From Obrimoposthia wandeli (taxonomy: Eukaryota): DNA of 64,000 nucleotides. Under the pieces are notes generated by a model, which worked only from the letters and a program-made list of their open reading frames with translations, did no database searches and was not told the DNA's origin. Position 1 is the first letter of the stretch. Each line of letters opens with the position of its first letter. Location: assembly GCA_977020255.1 (NCBI GenBank), contig CDROCS010000506.1, positions 2,542,001-2,606,000 on the forward strand. The letters are read 5' to 3'. Positions 1 to 11,544 of this stretch are shown here, piece by piece. The translations under genes were made by a program, and so were the position numbers.

Positions 1-1196
1 AGTGAACGCAGCACGCTAAGCGTCAATGCTGACATTGGTCGGTTAAAGCCGTTTAAGCTCGACGCCACCGCCATCATAATGCCTTGCATCGCAAACGATG
101 CTGGGATGATATAAAGGTAGAGCGATAGATGACCGATCACTGCCACATCATCACTGAACAAAGTCGCGATATACGGCGCGGTTAAGGCAATAAGCAGGTA
201 AATAACCAGTTGTGAGATTAATGCATAACGGATCGCGAGCTTGATCGCGGTTAAACAACGTTGTGGGTTATTGGCTGATGAATTTTGCGCGATAAAAGGC
301 GAAAGCATAGAGCTCACCGCGATCATACCGATTAATAAAATCGCTTCCATGCGAGTACCGGCACCGTAAGCAGCAACCGCTGTCGTGCTAAATGCCGCCA
401 GCTGCCACATGACAAAAGCATTGTTGACTGGACTCAGCATATTCGTTAAAGACGCTGGCATACCAATCGCAGCAATCTTACGCCAATTTTTAAGCATGTT
501 AGCGAGGTTTGGTCTGGTTAATAACAACAGTTGTTCACGATAGCGCAATAGGTATATCGCCACCGCAAAGGTAATTAACCACGACAGACCAGAGGCAATG
601 GCAGCACCTTTAACGCCGAGTTCAGGAAACGGGCCAAGTCCAAAGATTAATAACGGATCGAGCAGACCATTCATGAAACCAGCGATGATCATGACTCTGC
701 TGGGGGTTTTGGTATCACCGGTAGCCCGGATGGCGGCATTACCCACCATAGGGATGACTAAAAAGGGGATCGCGACATACCAATAGAACATATAATCTTG
801 GATGTAGACCATCAAGGTATCACTGGCACCAAGTAGTCTGAATAACGGCTGTATACTGTTAATGCCAATGGCGGCAACGATGAGTACCGTAGTCAGTGCT
901 AACAATAGACCGTCGGAAGTTAACCGCGCGGCATCTTGGTGCTGACCTTGACCTAATAAACGCGCTAAACAAGCAGATAAACCCGTGCCTAACCCCATGG
1001 CTAATGCCGAGACAAAAAAGGTCACCGGGAAGGTAAAGCTGATCGCGGCTAATGCCTGCGTACCCAGCAAGCTGACAAAATAAGTATCCACTAAGCTAAA
1101 GCCAAGCACGGCTAATAAACCGTAACCCATAGGCACGGCCATCTTTGTCATTACCTGAGAAACGGGAGCGGAGAGCAGGCCGTGTTTATCTTTCAA
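1..1196 (-). CDS. MATE family efflux transporter (3' end runs off the window)
   Basis: Not in the ORF track; translated by hand. TTG at 1196 after AGGTAGGTA gives LKDKHGLLSAPVSQVMTKMAVPMGYGLLAVLGFSLVDTYFVSLLGTQALAAISFTFPVTF, a typical MATE N-terminus. The same frame at position 1 reads ALTLSVLRS. Confidence 0.9.
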   Translation of the reverse strand, partial: MKDKHGLLSAPVSQVMTKMAVPMGYGLLAVLGFSLVDTYFVSLLGTQALAAISFTFPVTFFVSALAMGLGTGLSACLARLLGQGQHQDAARLTSDGLLLALTTVLIVAAIGINSIQPLFRLLGASDTLMVYIQDYMFYWYVAIPFLVIPMVGNAAIRATGDTKTPSRVMIIAGFMNGLLDPLLIFGLGPFPELGVKGAAIASGLSWLITFAVAIYLLRYREQLLLLTRPNLANMLKNWRKIAAIGMPASLTNMLSPVNNAFVMWQLAAFSTTAVAAYGAGTRMEAILLIGMIAVSSMLSPFIAQNSSANNPQRCLTAIKLAIRYALISQLVIYLLIALTAPYIATLFSDDVAVIGHLSLYLYIIPASFAMQGIMMAVASSLNGFNRPMSALTLSVLRS

Positions 1197-1402
1197 TGCT
1201 ACCTACCTAAAATACCTAAAGTGCGTTTGGTCTTTTGTTTTTGCTAAATCTAGCGAAAATTTTATCGGGCTATTTTACGCTTTTCTTCGTCAACCAACAG
1301 CTTTGTGTTGCACTTTTACCAGACATTTACACTTCTATATGTGGATACAATCTAAAAACTGCTATTTAAGGTGCGAATTTAGTAACTATTTTTAGCTTTT
1401 CC

Positions 1403-1431
1403 CTTGAGTTGGAAAGCAGTTGCCCCGATAT
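1403..1431 (+). promoter_or_regulatory. sigma32 (RpoH) heat-shock promoter of groESL
   Basis: tttccCTTGAG-N14-CCCCGATAT, close to the consensus CTTGAA-N13/14-CCCCATNT, upstream of groES. Confidence 0.75.
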
Positions 1432-1507
1432 ATTATGCCATAGTCATGGTATTGGTAAATAACCGACCATTGATATTCGCAACATGTATTCTTTAGGAGA
1501 TCTTCAA

Positions 1508-1798
1508 ATGACAATTCGTCCACTACACGATCGTGTGATCGTTCGTCGCCAAGAACAAGAAACTAAATCAGCAGGCGGTATCGTGCTTACTGGTGCATCA
1601 GCATCATTATCTACTCGCGGTGAAGTTATTGCTGTTGGTAACGGTCGTTTAATTGATAGCGGTGAAGTACGTCCTTTAGCAGTTAGCGTTGGCGATACAG
1701 TTATTTTTAATGAAGGTTATGGCGTTAAAGCTGAAAAGATTGATGGTAAAGAAGTTTTAATCATGAGCGAAGCCGATATTTTAGCTATCGTTGAATAA
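1508..1798 (+). CDS. groES: co-chaperonin GroES
   Basis: [12 protein letters not shown]...GGIVLTG. True start is ATG 1508 after AGGAGA; the track start at 1484 is an upstream extension. Confidence 0.99.
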   Translation: MTIRPLHDRVIVRRQEQETKSAGGIVLTGASASLSTRGEVIAVGNGRLIDSGEVRPLAVSVGDTVIFNEGYGVKAEKIDGKEVLIMSEADILAIVE

Positions 1799-1854
1799 AT
1801 CTTAGTATTTATTTTTGATAGACCTAAACCCATAAATTAATAGATCGATATTAA

Positions 1855-3516
<1,662 letters not shown>

Positions 3517-3578
3517 AAAATCGCAAATTTGCGATTACATCTCTGCTGTTAGCGATTAAACGCTAAGCCTCAGAAATT

Positions 3579-3620
3579 AAAAAAGCCTTAATCTGATATA
3601 TCGTGATTAAGGCTTTTTTT
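3579..3620 (+). terminator. Rho-independent terminator after groEL (copy 1 of a 42-bp direct repeat)
   Basis: AAAAAA GCCTTAATC tgatatatcgt GATTAAGGC TTTTTTT. Confidence 0.9.
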
Positions 3621-3739
3621 ATAGGTGCAAATTAGTTTTTCAATAAAGTTATTGGTGCACTTTTACCTGAGTTAAACGCATAAGTCTGTCAATATTTAGG
3701 AAACTTGTTACAATGCTATTTTTTGATTTTAGGTAGACT

Positions 3740-4069
3740 ATGAATAATAGTAATGATCCGCTACAAGGCGTTAAACTTGAACAGATTCTAACCGAGCTAG
3801 AGAAGAAAATCGGTTGGGAGAAGATGGGTGAGTTGCTTAATATTCGTTGTTTTACCAATAAAGCGCGTCTTAAATCAAGCTTGAAATTTTTGCGTACAAC
3901 CCCTTGGGCACGCAGCAGAGTTGAAATTTTATACCTAAAAACATTTTGTAGTAAGCATAAAGAAACGGGGAAATTAATCAGGGCTATACTCGCTCAGAAT
4001 AATTCAGTAGCAGAAACGACTGCCACTAAGCCCGCTCCCTTTGTTTGGCCTACATTGAAAGAAAAATAG
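3740..4069 (+). CDS. VF530/DUF2132 family small protein
   Basis: DPLQGVKLEQIL...GWEKMG...IRCF...KSSLKFLRTTPWARSRVE matches the DUF2132 signature (SSLKFLRxTPWAR); has an extra C-terminal tail. Confidence 0.85.
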   Translation: MNNSNDPLQGVKLEQILTELEKKIGWEKMGELLNIRCFTNKARLKSSLKFLRTTPWARSRVEILYLKTFCSKHKETGKLIRAILAQNNSVAETTATKPAPFVWPTLKEK

Positions 4070-4091
4070 ACTTATGTCGAACTGAAGACAC

Positions 4092-4133
4092 AAAAAAGCC
4101 TTAATCTGATATATCGTGATTAAGGCTTTTTTT
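4092..4133 (+). terminator. Rho-independent terminator (copy 2, identical to 3579-3620)
   Basis: 42/42 identical to 3579-3620. Confidence 0.9.
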
Positions 4134-4320
4134 GTGCCTATATTTTGTGGTTTTAGTTATATCAATGCGTAGATATAAAATATTCTGTGCAGCCTAGTCG
4201 TATCTGCCAGTCTACATATTGCGTGATATTTTATTATTGGTATAGTGCGGTTAACTTAGTTGGTGTTAGTTTTCATCACTTGAAGAATTTAATCTTAGTC
4301 TCTGACCGTAAAGGAATATC

Positions 4321-6315
4321 ATGACGTTTTCAAAACCACTTACTGCACGTTTAACCGCTGTTTCAGTTGCCTTATTATTAGCGGGTTGCGCGCAAACGTC
4401 GCAACCAGACGATGTCTTTAATCTGACTGTTGCACATATCAATGATACCCATTCCAACTTCGATCCGGTTAAATCTAGTTTCACAGCCAACGGCGATACT
4501 GTGTATAACGAATTCGGCGGTCACCCACGTTTAAAAACTATGTCGGATGATTACAAGCAGCAAGCACTAGAAAATGATGACAGCTTTTTATTCTTACACG
4601 GTGGTGATGCGTGGCAGGGCAGTGCGTACTTTAAGTTGAACGAAGGCGCGATGAATGCAGATATCTTAAGCATGTTCGGTATCGATGCGATGGCATTGGG
4701 TAATCACGAATTTGATTTGAACAATACCAAGCTTAATCAATTCATCAGCGATGTTAACTTTCCGGTATTGGCAGCAAACATTGATGCCAGTGAAGATGCG
4801 GATTTAAAAGACCAAACCAACTTACGCCCTTTCATGGTTTACGCATTTGATGGCAATAACAAAACGGCTATTAGCGATTTAGATAACCTACCAACAGATA
4901 AAGACTTGGTAGCCGTATTTGGCTTAGCGCTGGATAACATGCCTAATATTGCCCCGAATACCGGTGATATTAAATTCTTAAACATGGTGACATCTGCGCA
5001 AGCAACCGTTGATATGTTGAAAGCCAAAGGTGTGAACAACATTATCGCGTTAACGCATATCGGTAATGCTGTGGACGTTGATGTAGCTAGTAAAGTAAAT
5101 GGTATTGACTTGATAGTGGGTGGTCACTCACATACCTTGTTAGGTGACTTCACTAACCTAGGTTTACACAATAACGGCACGTATGCGCAGATGGTAAAAA
5201 ACCCTGACAGCATAGGTCAAACCTGTGTGGTACAAGCGGGTGAATACGCACAAGCAATCGGTCGTTTAGAAGTAAGCTTTAACCAACAAGGCGACATTGT
5301 TAACTGTAATGGACACAATGTATTACTGAGTAATGATGAGTTCTATTCACAGCCATCACGCCAAGACGATGAGAAGTTTGATAGCGCAGCTACGCAAGGT
5401 GTAGTTGAGTTTATTGACCAAGCAGAAAACATCACCATTACTGCTGAAGAAGCGGCAATGCGTCAACGTATTGATGTGAACTACAAGCCAGCTGTTGACC
5501 AAGCGTACGGTAAAACCATTGCCCAAGTGCCAGTAGAAATTAAACATGAACGCCGCCCTGGCGATCGTGGTAGCGATAAACACGGTTCTGATGTAGCCCC
5601 TATCTTAGCCGAAGGCCAATATTTCTGGGCCAATACGGCTGAAGTGCAACAAGTCACGGGCATGAAAGTTGATTTTGCTTTCATCGGTGCTGGTGGCATT
5701 CGTACTAACATTGACGCGGGTGAGTATCGCCAAGGTAACGTCTCGTTAGAAATGCTGCCATTTGCTAACTTTATGTCTGTCGTACCAGTGTCGGGCAAAG
5801 TGATTAAAACATTAATTAACGATACGGTAAGCGCAACATTAGCGGCTGGTTCACACGCAGGTAAATTCCCTTACGGCGGCCACATTCGTTATAGCTACAC
5901 AGAAACAGTTGCGAACACAGCGGGTAAGGTCGATTTTGTTGAAGTGATGACGGGCACTGAAAATGCGCCAGTATGGACTGCGATTGAAGACAGCAAAACT
6001 TACAACGTCGCGTTAAACAACTACAACGCTACAGGTAACGACGGTTGGACGCCATTGTATGAAGCACAAAAGAACAGCTCTGAACGTGTTGATTTAGCGT
6101 TTGTGGATGGCAAGTTAACTGGCTTTAAAGTAAAGAATATTGCTAAGGTTGGCAAAAAGTACAAAGTAAATTACCAAGGTGCTGCGCCAAACTGTAAAGC
6201 GGATAACACCGTCTGTAATACCGATGCGCAAGCAGTGATGAATTACATTGATAGTGAACGTAATACGTTAACGCCATTAGGCTATGAAGTGGTGACGTTT
6301 AATCGCGCGCAGTAA
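4321..6315 (+). CDS. bifunctional metallophosphatase/5'-nucleotidase lipoprotein (UshA-like)
   Basis: Lipobox LAGC; metal motifs HINDTHS, GGDAWQG, GNHEFD, THIG, GGHSH; C-terminal NIGAGGIRT-like (IGAGGIRT) substrate domain. Confidence 0.92.
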   Translation: MTFSKPLTARLTAVSVALLLAGCAQTSQPDDVFNLTVAHINDTHSNFDPVKSSFTANGDTVYNEFGGHPRLKTMSDDYKQQALENDDSFLFLHGGDAWQGSAYFKLNEGAMNADILSMFGIDAMALGNHEFDLNNTKLNQFISDVNFPVLAANIDASEDADLKDQTNLRPFMVYAFDGNNKTAISDLDNLPTDKDLVAVFGLALDNMPNIAPNTGDIKFLNMVTSAQATVDMLKAKGVNNIIALTHIGNAVDVDVASKVNGIDLIVGGHSHTLLGDFTNLGLHNNGTYAQMVKNPDSIGQTCVVQAGEYAQAIGRLEVSFNQQGDIVNCNGHNVLLSNDEFYSQPSRQDDEKFDSAATQGVVEFIDQAENITITAEEAAMRQRIDVNYKPAVDQAYGKTIAQVPVEIKHERRPGDRGSDKHGSDVAPILAEGQYFWANTAEVQQVTGMKVDFAFIGAGGIRTNIDAGEYRQGNVSLEMLPFANFMSVVPVSGKVIKTLINDTVSATLAAGSHAGKFPYGGHIRYSYTETVANTAGKVDFVEVMTGTENAPVWTAIEDSKTYNVALNNYNATGNDGWTPLYEAQKNSSERVDLAFVDGKLTGFKVKNIAKVGKKYKVNYQGAAPNCKADNTVCNTDAQAVMNYIDSERNTLTPLGYEVVTFNRAQ

Positions 6316-6381
6316 TAGCGTCGGTTGTATAAGTCGTTGTTAGTCTCGGCCGTTTAAGCACATTTTAATCGTCTTGCAGAT

Positions 6382-6422
6382 AAAAAATCCTCAGTCTTAT
6401 TACCAGACTGGGGATTTTTTTT
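6382..6422. terminator. bidirectional terminator between convergent genes
   Basis: AAAAAATCCtCAGTC...GACTGgGGATTTTTTTT. Confidence 0.85.
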
Positions 6423-6462
6423 ATCTTTAATGGCTTAACTCATGGGGTAAGTCATGTATTAA

Positions 6463-7560
6463 TTAAAGCGCACTGAGTGCTGGATAATCAGTGTAGCCAA
6501 GTTCGTTACCACCAAACAACGTCGCGCCATCTAGGTCTGCGAGTTCGTTGTCGTTTTTTAAGCGTGAAACTAAATCTGGATTTGATACGAACGGACGACC
6601 GAAGGCAATTAAGTCAGCGTAACCTTTGTTTAGTACTTCATCGGCGCGTGCTTGCGTGTAGCTACCCGCAACAATGATGGTATTGGTGAACACTTCGCGT
6701 AACTCAATACGGAAGCTTTCCGGGATCACGGGGGCATCATCCCAATCTGCTTCAGATAAGTGCATGTAAGCGATATCACGATCTTGTAGCTGCTTGGATG
6801 CATCGAGTATTGTTGCAACTATATCAGGGCAATCCATATCTTTAAAGGTGATAAACGGCGCAAGGCGAACACCTACTTTATCCGCCCCGATTGCAGCAAT
6901 GACGGCATCAACTACTTCAAGCAGGAAACGCATGCGGTTCTCACGCGAACCACCATAATTATCAGTACGCTTGTTTGAGTTGGTACGTAGGAATTGATCG
7001 ATAAGGTAACCATTACCACCGTGGATCTCAACCCCATCAAAACCTGCCTCTACAGCGCGTTTTGCCGCGTAAGCAAAATCGCTAATAACGCGATCTATAT
7101 CGGCTTGATTCATCGCTCTAGGTTGAATGCAATCAACCATGTTGCCATTACCTTGGTCATCAGAGATCCACACTTTAGTTTCAACTGGCGCTAGCGCTGA
7201 AGGTGCGATAGGCAATTCACCTTGCTGAAATGTGGGGTGAGAAACACGACCCACATGCCATAGCTGGCAGAACATCGCAGCCCCTTGGTCGTGTGCCGCT
7301 TGAGTGATTGGTTGCCAGCCCTTTACTTGTTCGTCGGTATAAACACCAGGGGTGAAGGAATAACCTTGGGAGTCATCTGAAATTTGCGTCGCTTCAGAAA
7401 TGATTAACCCAGCGGTAGCACGTTGCTTGTAATAAGTTGCCATCATCTCGTTGGGCACGTTGCCTGGTTGGCTTGTTCGAGCCCGAGTCATTGGTGCCAT
7501 TGCCACGCGGTTTTGTAAATCTAGATTTTTTAACGTTGTTCTCTGAAATAATTTATTCAT
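6463..7560 (-). CDS. alkene reductase, Old Yellow Enzyme/NemA family
   Basis: NRVAMAPMTRAR, QLWHVGRVSH, GFDGVEIHGGNGYLIDQFL, FGRPFVSNPDL, GYTDYP. Confidence 0.95.
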   Translation of the reverse strand: MNKLFQRTTLKNLDLQNRVAMAPMTRARTSQPGNVPNEMMATYYKQRATAGLIISEATQISDDSQGYSFTPGVYTDEQVKGWQPITQAAHDQGAAMFCQLWHVGRVSHPTFQQGELPIAPSALAPVETKVWISDDQGNGNMVDCIQPRAMNQADIDRVISDFAYAAKRAVEAGFDGVEIHGGNGYLIDQFLRTNSNKRTDNYGGSRENRMRFLLEVVDAVIAAIGADKVGVRLAPFITFKDMDCPDIVATILDASKQLQDRDIAYMHLSEADWDDAPVIPESFRIELREVFTNTIIVAGSYTQARADEVLNKGYADLIAFGRPFVSNPDLVSRLKNDNELADLDGATLFGGNELGYTDYPALSAL

Positions 7561-7570
7561 GCTCTTTACC

Positions 7571-8200
7571 TTATTTTAGTAGTTTAACATTAGTTTGTTT
7601 ACTTGCTGATCCCATCCATTCTTTAATGGCAGGAGACCAGTTAATTTCAGGTGCACTGAAGAAGCCGCGGAGAATAGAAAAGACAATCGCCTCATCGACT
7701 AACTTCACGCGCTTATCAGAATTAAGGTTAAGCACCTCACCCGCTTTACGAATTAATGCTTCAACTTCTTTCGCTATCATCGGGGTGTCGGCAAGTAATG
7801 TGGCAAATTTTAATGCCTCAGTTTCTTTCTTGCGGCGCCATGCTTTTCGCGATGAATCTGTTGTGAACTCCCTAAGCCCCATGGATGACCAGCGCGGATA
7901 GCCAATCTGCTGCAGCGGTGAAAATGCTGCACGTTGCCACTCAAGTACGGCGTCAGATGGCTTGCTGGTCTCTGCTGAATCGGCAAGGGTGAGGAGGTGA
8001 TTAATGATATCCAAGCTTTCAGCAATGGCTTCGCCATCACCGGTGACGAATACGGGCACTTGCTTACTGCCGATAATGTCTGTTGTTGTCTGATCATCAT
8101 CATAATCAAGAGTCACAACATCAACCGCGAGGTTGAGCATGCCTGCGATGAAGCGTACACGGGCACTGAATGGGCAATGTTCATAGATATATAGTTTCAT
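7571..8200 (-). CDS. glutaredoxin-2 (GrxB)-like GST-fold protein with monothiol CPFS site
   Basis: MKLYIYEHCPFSARVR...GSKQVP...ESLDII parallels E. coli GrxB MKLYIYDHCPYC...GQKQVP...ESMDIV. ATG 8200 follows AAGGA. Confidence 0.88.
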   Translation of the reverse strand: MKLYIYEHCPFSARVRFIAGMLNLAVDVVTLDYDDDQTTTDIIGSKQVPVFVTGDGEAIAESLDIINHLLTLADSAETSKPSDAVLEWQRAAFSPLQQIGYPRWSSMGLREFTTDSSRKAWRRKKETEALKFATLLADTPMIAKEVEALIRKAGEVLNLNSDKRVKLVDEAIVFSILRGFFSAPEINWSPAIKEWMGSASKQTNVKLLK

Positions 8201-8228
8201 GATTGTTTCCTTGACCAAGTGATAGTGG

Positions 8229-9413
8229 TTATAAATTACTAGCTAAGTTAGGATTCACGGTTTGTTCTCGTTTGTTGGCTTTGGCGATAAACAGCAAGCC
8301 AATCACAGGGATAGCGACGGCAGCGTATGGGATCATGGCTGCACCTAAGTGGCTATCGAGCACCATACCACCAAGGAATCCACCAAATGCATTGGCTAAG
8401 TTGAAGGCTGAAATGTTAGCTGTTGCTGCCAGTTCTTGACCTTCACCGCCATGTTTCATCACTCGAAGCTGCATCGCTGGTACATTGGCAAATGAGGCAA
8501 TACCGAATATAAACGCGGCGATTACAAATAAGATCTTGTTATCAATGACGAGGCCAACGACCAGCAGTGACACGATCATGGCGACAGCCCAGAACATAGA
8601 AGCTTTGTTCAGGTTCTTGTCTGCAGAACGGCCACCTATAATGTTACCAATGATGAGTCCAGCACCCACAACAACCAAGATCCAAGTCACTGCATCTTGA
8701 CCATAACCAGTAATGTGCATAGCGATGGGGGCAAGGTATCCGTATAACGTCATGAAACCAGACCATGCGAATGCTGTAATGGCTAAGCTGAGTAATAACA
8801 TGGGATTTTTGAATGCCATCAGCTGCGCTTTAATATTTTTTGCTTCACTGTGACCCGTTGATTTTATCGAAATCAGGATGGCAACCATGGCGACAGCACC
8901 GAACGCTGCCACCGTAAAGAATGTGTTGTGCCATCCAAATTGCAAACTGATCCAAGTACCCGCCGGAACACCCAGTACATTGGCAAGCGTAAGACCTGCG
9001 AACATCTGACCTACTGCGCGACCCGCCATTTTCTCTGATACCAGGTTGGTCGCCACGACAGCACCAATCCCATAAAACGGACCTTGCACTAGGCCAGTAA
9101 TAACACGGCTAACAAAGAGGAAATTGTAAGTTGGCGCTAACGCTGACAGTACATTACCGATGATAAAGAGCAGCATCAGTCCAATAAGCACATGTTTTTT
9201 ATTAAAACGTGCCAAATAAATAGTTAAGATTGGTCCACCAATGACAATGGCGAGTGCGTAAGCACTGATCAAGTAACCCGCTTGACCTTCAGTGATTAAT
9301 AACGATGTTGCTAATTGAGGCAGAATACCTGCAATAACAAATTCTGCGGTGCCGATTGCGAATGCGGCGAGTGTTAATATCCAAACCTGGAATGGCATTT
9401 TTTCTTTTTTCAT
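8229..9413 (-). CDS. MFS transporter (DHA1/PbuE-NepI-like efflux)
   Basis: FAIGTAEFVIAGILP, GQAGYLISAYALA, GLTLANVLGVPAGT; multiple hydrophobic segments; 394 aa. Confidence 0.93.
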   Translation of the reverse strand: MKKEKMPFQVWILTLAAFAIGTAEFVIAGILPQLATSLLITEGQAGYLISAYALAIVIGGPILTIYLARFNKKHVLIGLMLLFIIGNVLSALAPTYNFLFVSRVITGLVQGPFYGIGAVVATNLVSEKMAGRAVGQMFAGLTLANVLGVPAGTWISLQFGWHNTFFTVAAFGAVAMVAILISIKSTGHSEAKNIKAQLMAFKNPMLLLSLAITAFAWSGFMTLYGYLAPIAMHITGYGQDAVTWILVVVGAGLIIGNIIGGRSADKNLNKASMFWAVAMIVSLLVVGLVIDNKILFVIAAFIFGIASFANVPAMQLRVMKHGGEGQELAATANISAFNLANAFGGFLGGMVLDSHLGAAMIPYAAVAIPVIGLLFIAKANKREQTVNPNLASNL

Positions 9414-9530
9414 GATTGAGTCCGTATTGTTTCCGTTGATGTGGTTATTATATTCTTTCGCTTTAATTTGATAATTGGGTAAAATGTAAAATCATTATTC
9501 GGATAAACTGAACAATAGGGAGGAACTAAG

Positions 9531-10457
9531 ATGGATAAATTTGCTGATATGGCCATGTTTGTGGGTATTGTCAAACACCATGGACTTGCTGCCGCCGGTC
9601 GTGAACTCGGTCTTTCTCCTGCGACAATGACGGCAAGGCTTCAAGCCCTTGAAGAAAGATATGGGGTGAAGTTGCTGAATCGCAGTACCCGACATGTATC
9701 TTTGACGGATTCAGGTGAGCTTTATCATAAAGCCTGCATTGAGATATTGGATAATGTCAGTGCCACTGAAAACCTTATCCAGAATGGTGTTAAAGAAGTG
9801 AAGGGTTCACTTAAAATAACAGCGCCCAAGGACATAGGTAAACAATACATTCTGCCGATATTGTCTGAGTTCTGCCTGTTGTATCCAGATGTGGTGCCGT
9901 ACCTTTATTTGAATGATGATATTTCAAATATTGCGGAGTCGGGGATGGATATTGTTATTCGTTATGGTGAACTTGCTGACAGCAGCTTGATATCTCGACG
10001 ACTTTCATCCAGCCAGCGGGTGTTATGTGCATCGCCAGAATATCTTGCAAAACACGGCACGCCGTTGACGCCACAAGACTTAGTTCATCATGATTGTCTT
10101 GCTATGATCCGCAGTAATGAAGAACTTAAAACCTGGCATTTTCAAGATCAAGATAAGAAAAATGCGATAACAGTTATACCTAAGCGATTTTCAGATGATG
10201 GTGAAGTGATTCGATATTGGGCATTAGAAGGGGCGGGTATTGCGCTTAAATCGGTTCTTGATGTGCAAGATGATATTAATAATTTACGTCTTGTTACCGT
10301 ACTTAATGACTATATGACTAATTTTAATACCTCGACGTCAGGCGCTGGTGCAGACTTGAATGTTGTCTATATCAGTAAGAAGTATCAACCGAAACGGATT
10401 CGATTATTTTTGGATTTTCTGTTTGAGAGATTTAATTGTATGACTAAAAAGCAGTAG
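9531..10457 (+). CDS. LysR family regulator (DmlR/CrgA-like), divergent from the MFS operon
   Basis: N-terminal HTH AAAGRELGLSPATMTARLQALEERYGVKLLNRSTRHVSLT; LCASPEYL and DGEVIRYWALEGAGIA segments. Confidence 0.95.
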   Translation: MDKFADMAMFVGIVKHHGLAAAGRELGLSPATMTARLQALEERYGVKLLNRSTRHVSLTDSGELYHKACIEILDNVSATENLIQNGVKEVKGSLKITAPKDIGKQYILPILSEFCLLYPDVVPYLYLNDDISNIAESGMDIVIRYGELADSSLISRRLSSSQRVLCASPEYLAKHGTPLTPQDLVHHDCLAMIRSNEELKTWHFQDQDKKNAITVIPKRFSDDGEVIRYWALEGAGIALKSVLDVQDDINNLRLVTVLNDYMTNFNTSTSGAGADLNVVYISKKYQPKRIRLFLDFLFERFNCMTKKQ

Positions 10458-10476
10458 GCACGAGTCCTACTGCTTT
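10446..10476. terminator. bidirectional terminator (LysR / acuI)
   Basis: AAAGCAGTAGG cacgagt CCTACTGCTTT. Confidence 0.75.
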
Positions 10477-10546
10477 ATACTATGGAATCAATTATTTATT
10501 AAATTACTTACTCAATGTTTGATTCCATGTTTGATATAATGTTGAA

Positions 10547-11530
10547 TTATTTTTGAATATTAACCATTACACGACCACGTACTTTACCTGCCATCAGATC
10601 ATGCGCTACTGCTACGGCTTCATCTAAGCTGATCTCAGTGCCGATAGATGTAAAGTCATCATCTGTTAATAAATCAGCTAAACGAGCCCAGGCTTCTTCT
10701 CTGTCTGCAAGCGGACGCATTACGCTGTCGATACCTGCTAAGGTAATACCACGTAAGATAAATGGCGCTACGCTGGCTGGGAAATCCATGCCTTGTGCTA
10801 GACCACATGCAGTCACAACACCACCGTATTTAAGACCAGCACAAACATTCGTTAGTGTGTGGCTACCAACTGAGTCAACCGCTGCTGCCCAACGTTCTTT
10901 AACCATAGGACGGCCTGGTTCAGACAAGGTATTACGATCAATGATCTCTGACGCGCCTAATGCTTTTAGGTAATCAGCTTCTTCAGGACGACCTGTTGAT
11001 GCGATAACGTTATAGCCAAGTTTAGACAAGAGTGTAATAGCAAAACTACCCACACCACCGTTAGCACCTGTTACTAATACATCGCCTTTGTCTGGTGTGA
11101 TGCCGTGACGTTCTAGTGCAATCACAGATAACATCGCAGTATAACCCGCAGTACCGATAGCCATTGCTTGTTTTGCTGATAAACCAGCAGGTAGTTTAAT
11201 TAACCACTCGCTGTTTAGGCGGGCTTTTTCTGCCAGGCCACCCCAATGTTTTTCACCCACACCGAAACCGTTTAATAATACTTGGTCGCCCGCTTTAAAT
11301 TTGTCGCTATCACTTTGAGTCACAGTACCGACTAAGTCGATACCCGGTACCATAGGGAAGCTACGTACGACAGGGCCTTTGCCTGTGATTGCTAATCCGT
11401 CTTTAAAGTTAAGTGTGCTGTATGCAACATCAATGCTTACATCACCTGCAGGCAGTTGTGATTCATCAATTGATTGTACTGACGCTGTGTATTGGTCGTC
11501 ATTTTTTTCGATTAAAATACCTTTAAACAT
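10547..11530 (-). CDS. acuI: acrylyl-CoA reductase AcuI/YhdH (MDR family)
   Basis: STLNFKDGLAITG, GTAGYTAMLSV, VTGANGGVGS, PFILRGITLAGIDSV; 327 aa; adjacent to an AcuR-type TetR. Confidence 0.88.
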   Translation of the reverse strand: MFKGILIEKNDDQYTASVQSIDESQLPAGDVSIDVAYSTLNFKDGLAITGKGPVVRSFPMVPGIDLVGTVTQSDSDKFKAGDQVLLNGFGVGEKHWGGLAEKARLNSEWLIKLPAGLSAKQAMAIGTAGYTAMLSVIALERHGITPDKGDVLVTGANGGVGSFAITLLSKLGYNVIASTGRPEEADYLKALGASEIIDRNTLSEPGRPMVKERWAAAVDSVGSHTLTNVCAGLKYGGVVTACGLAQGMDFPASVAPFILRGITLAGIDSVMRPLADREEAWARLADLLTDDDFTSIGTEISLDEAVAVAHDLMAGKVRGRVMVNIQK

Positions 11531-11544
11531 GCTTTGCTCCGAAT

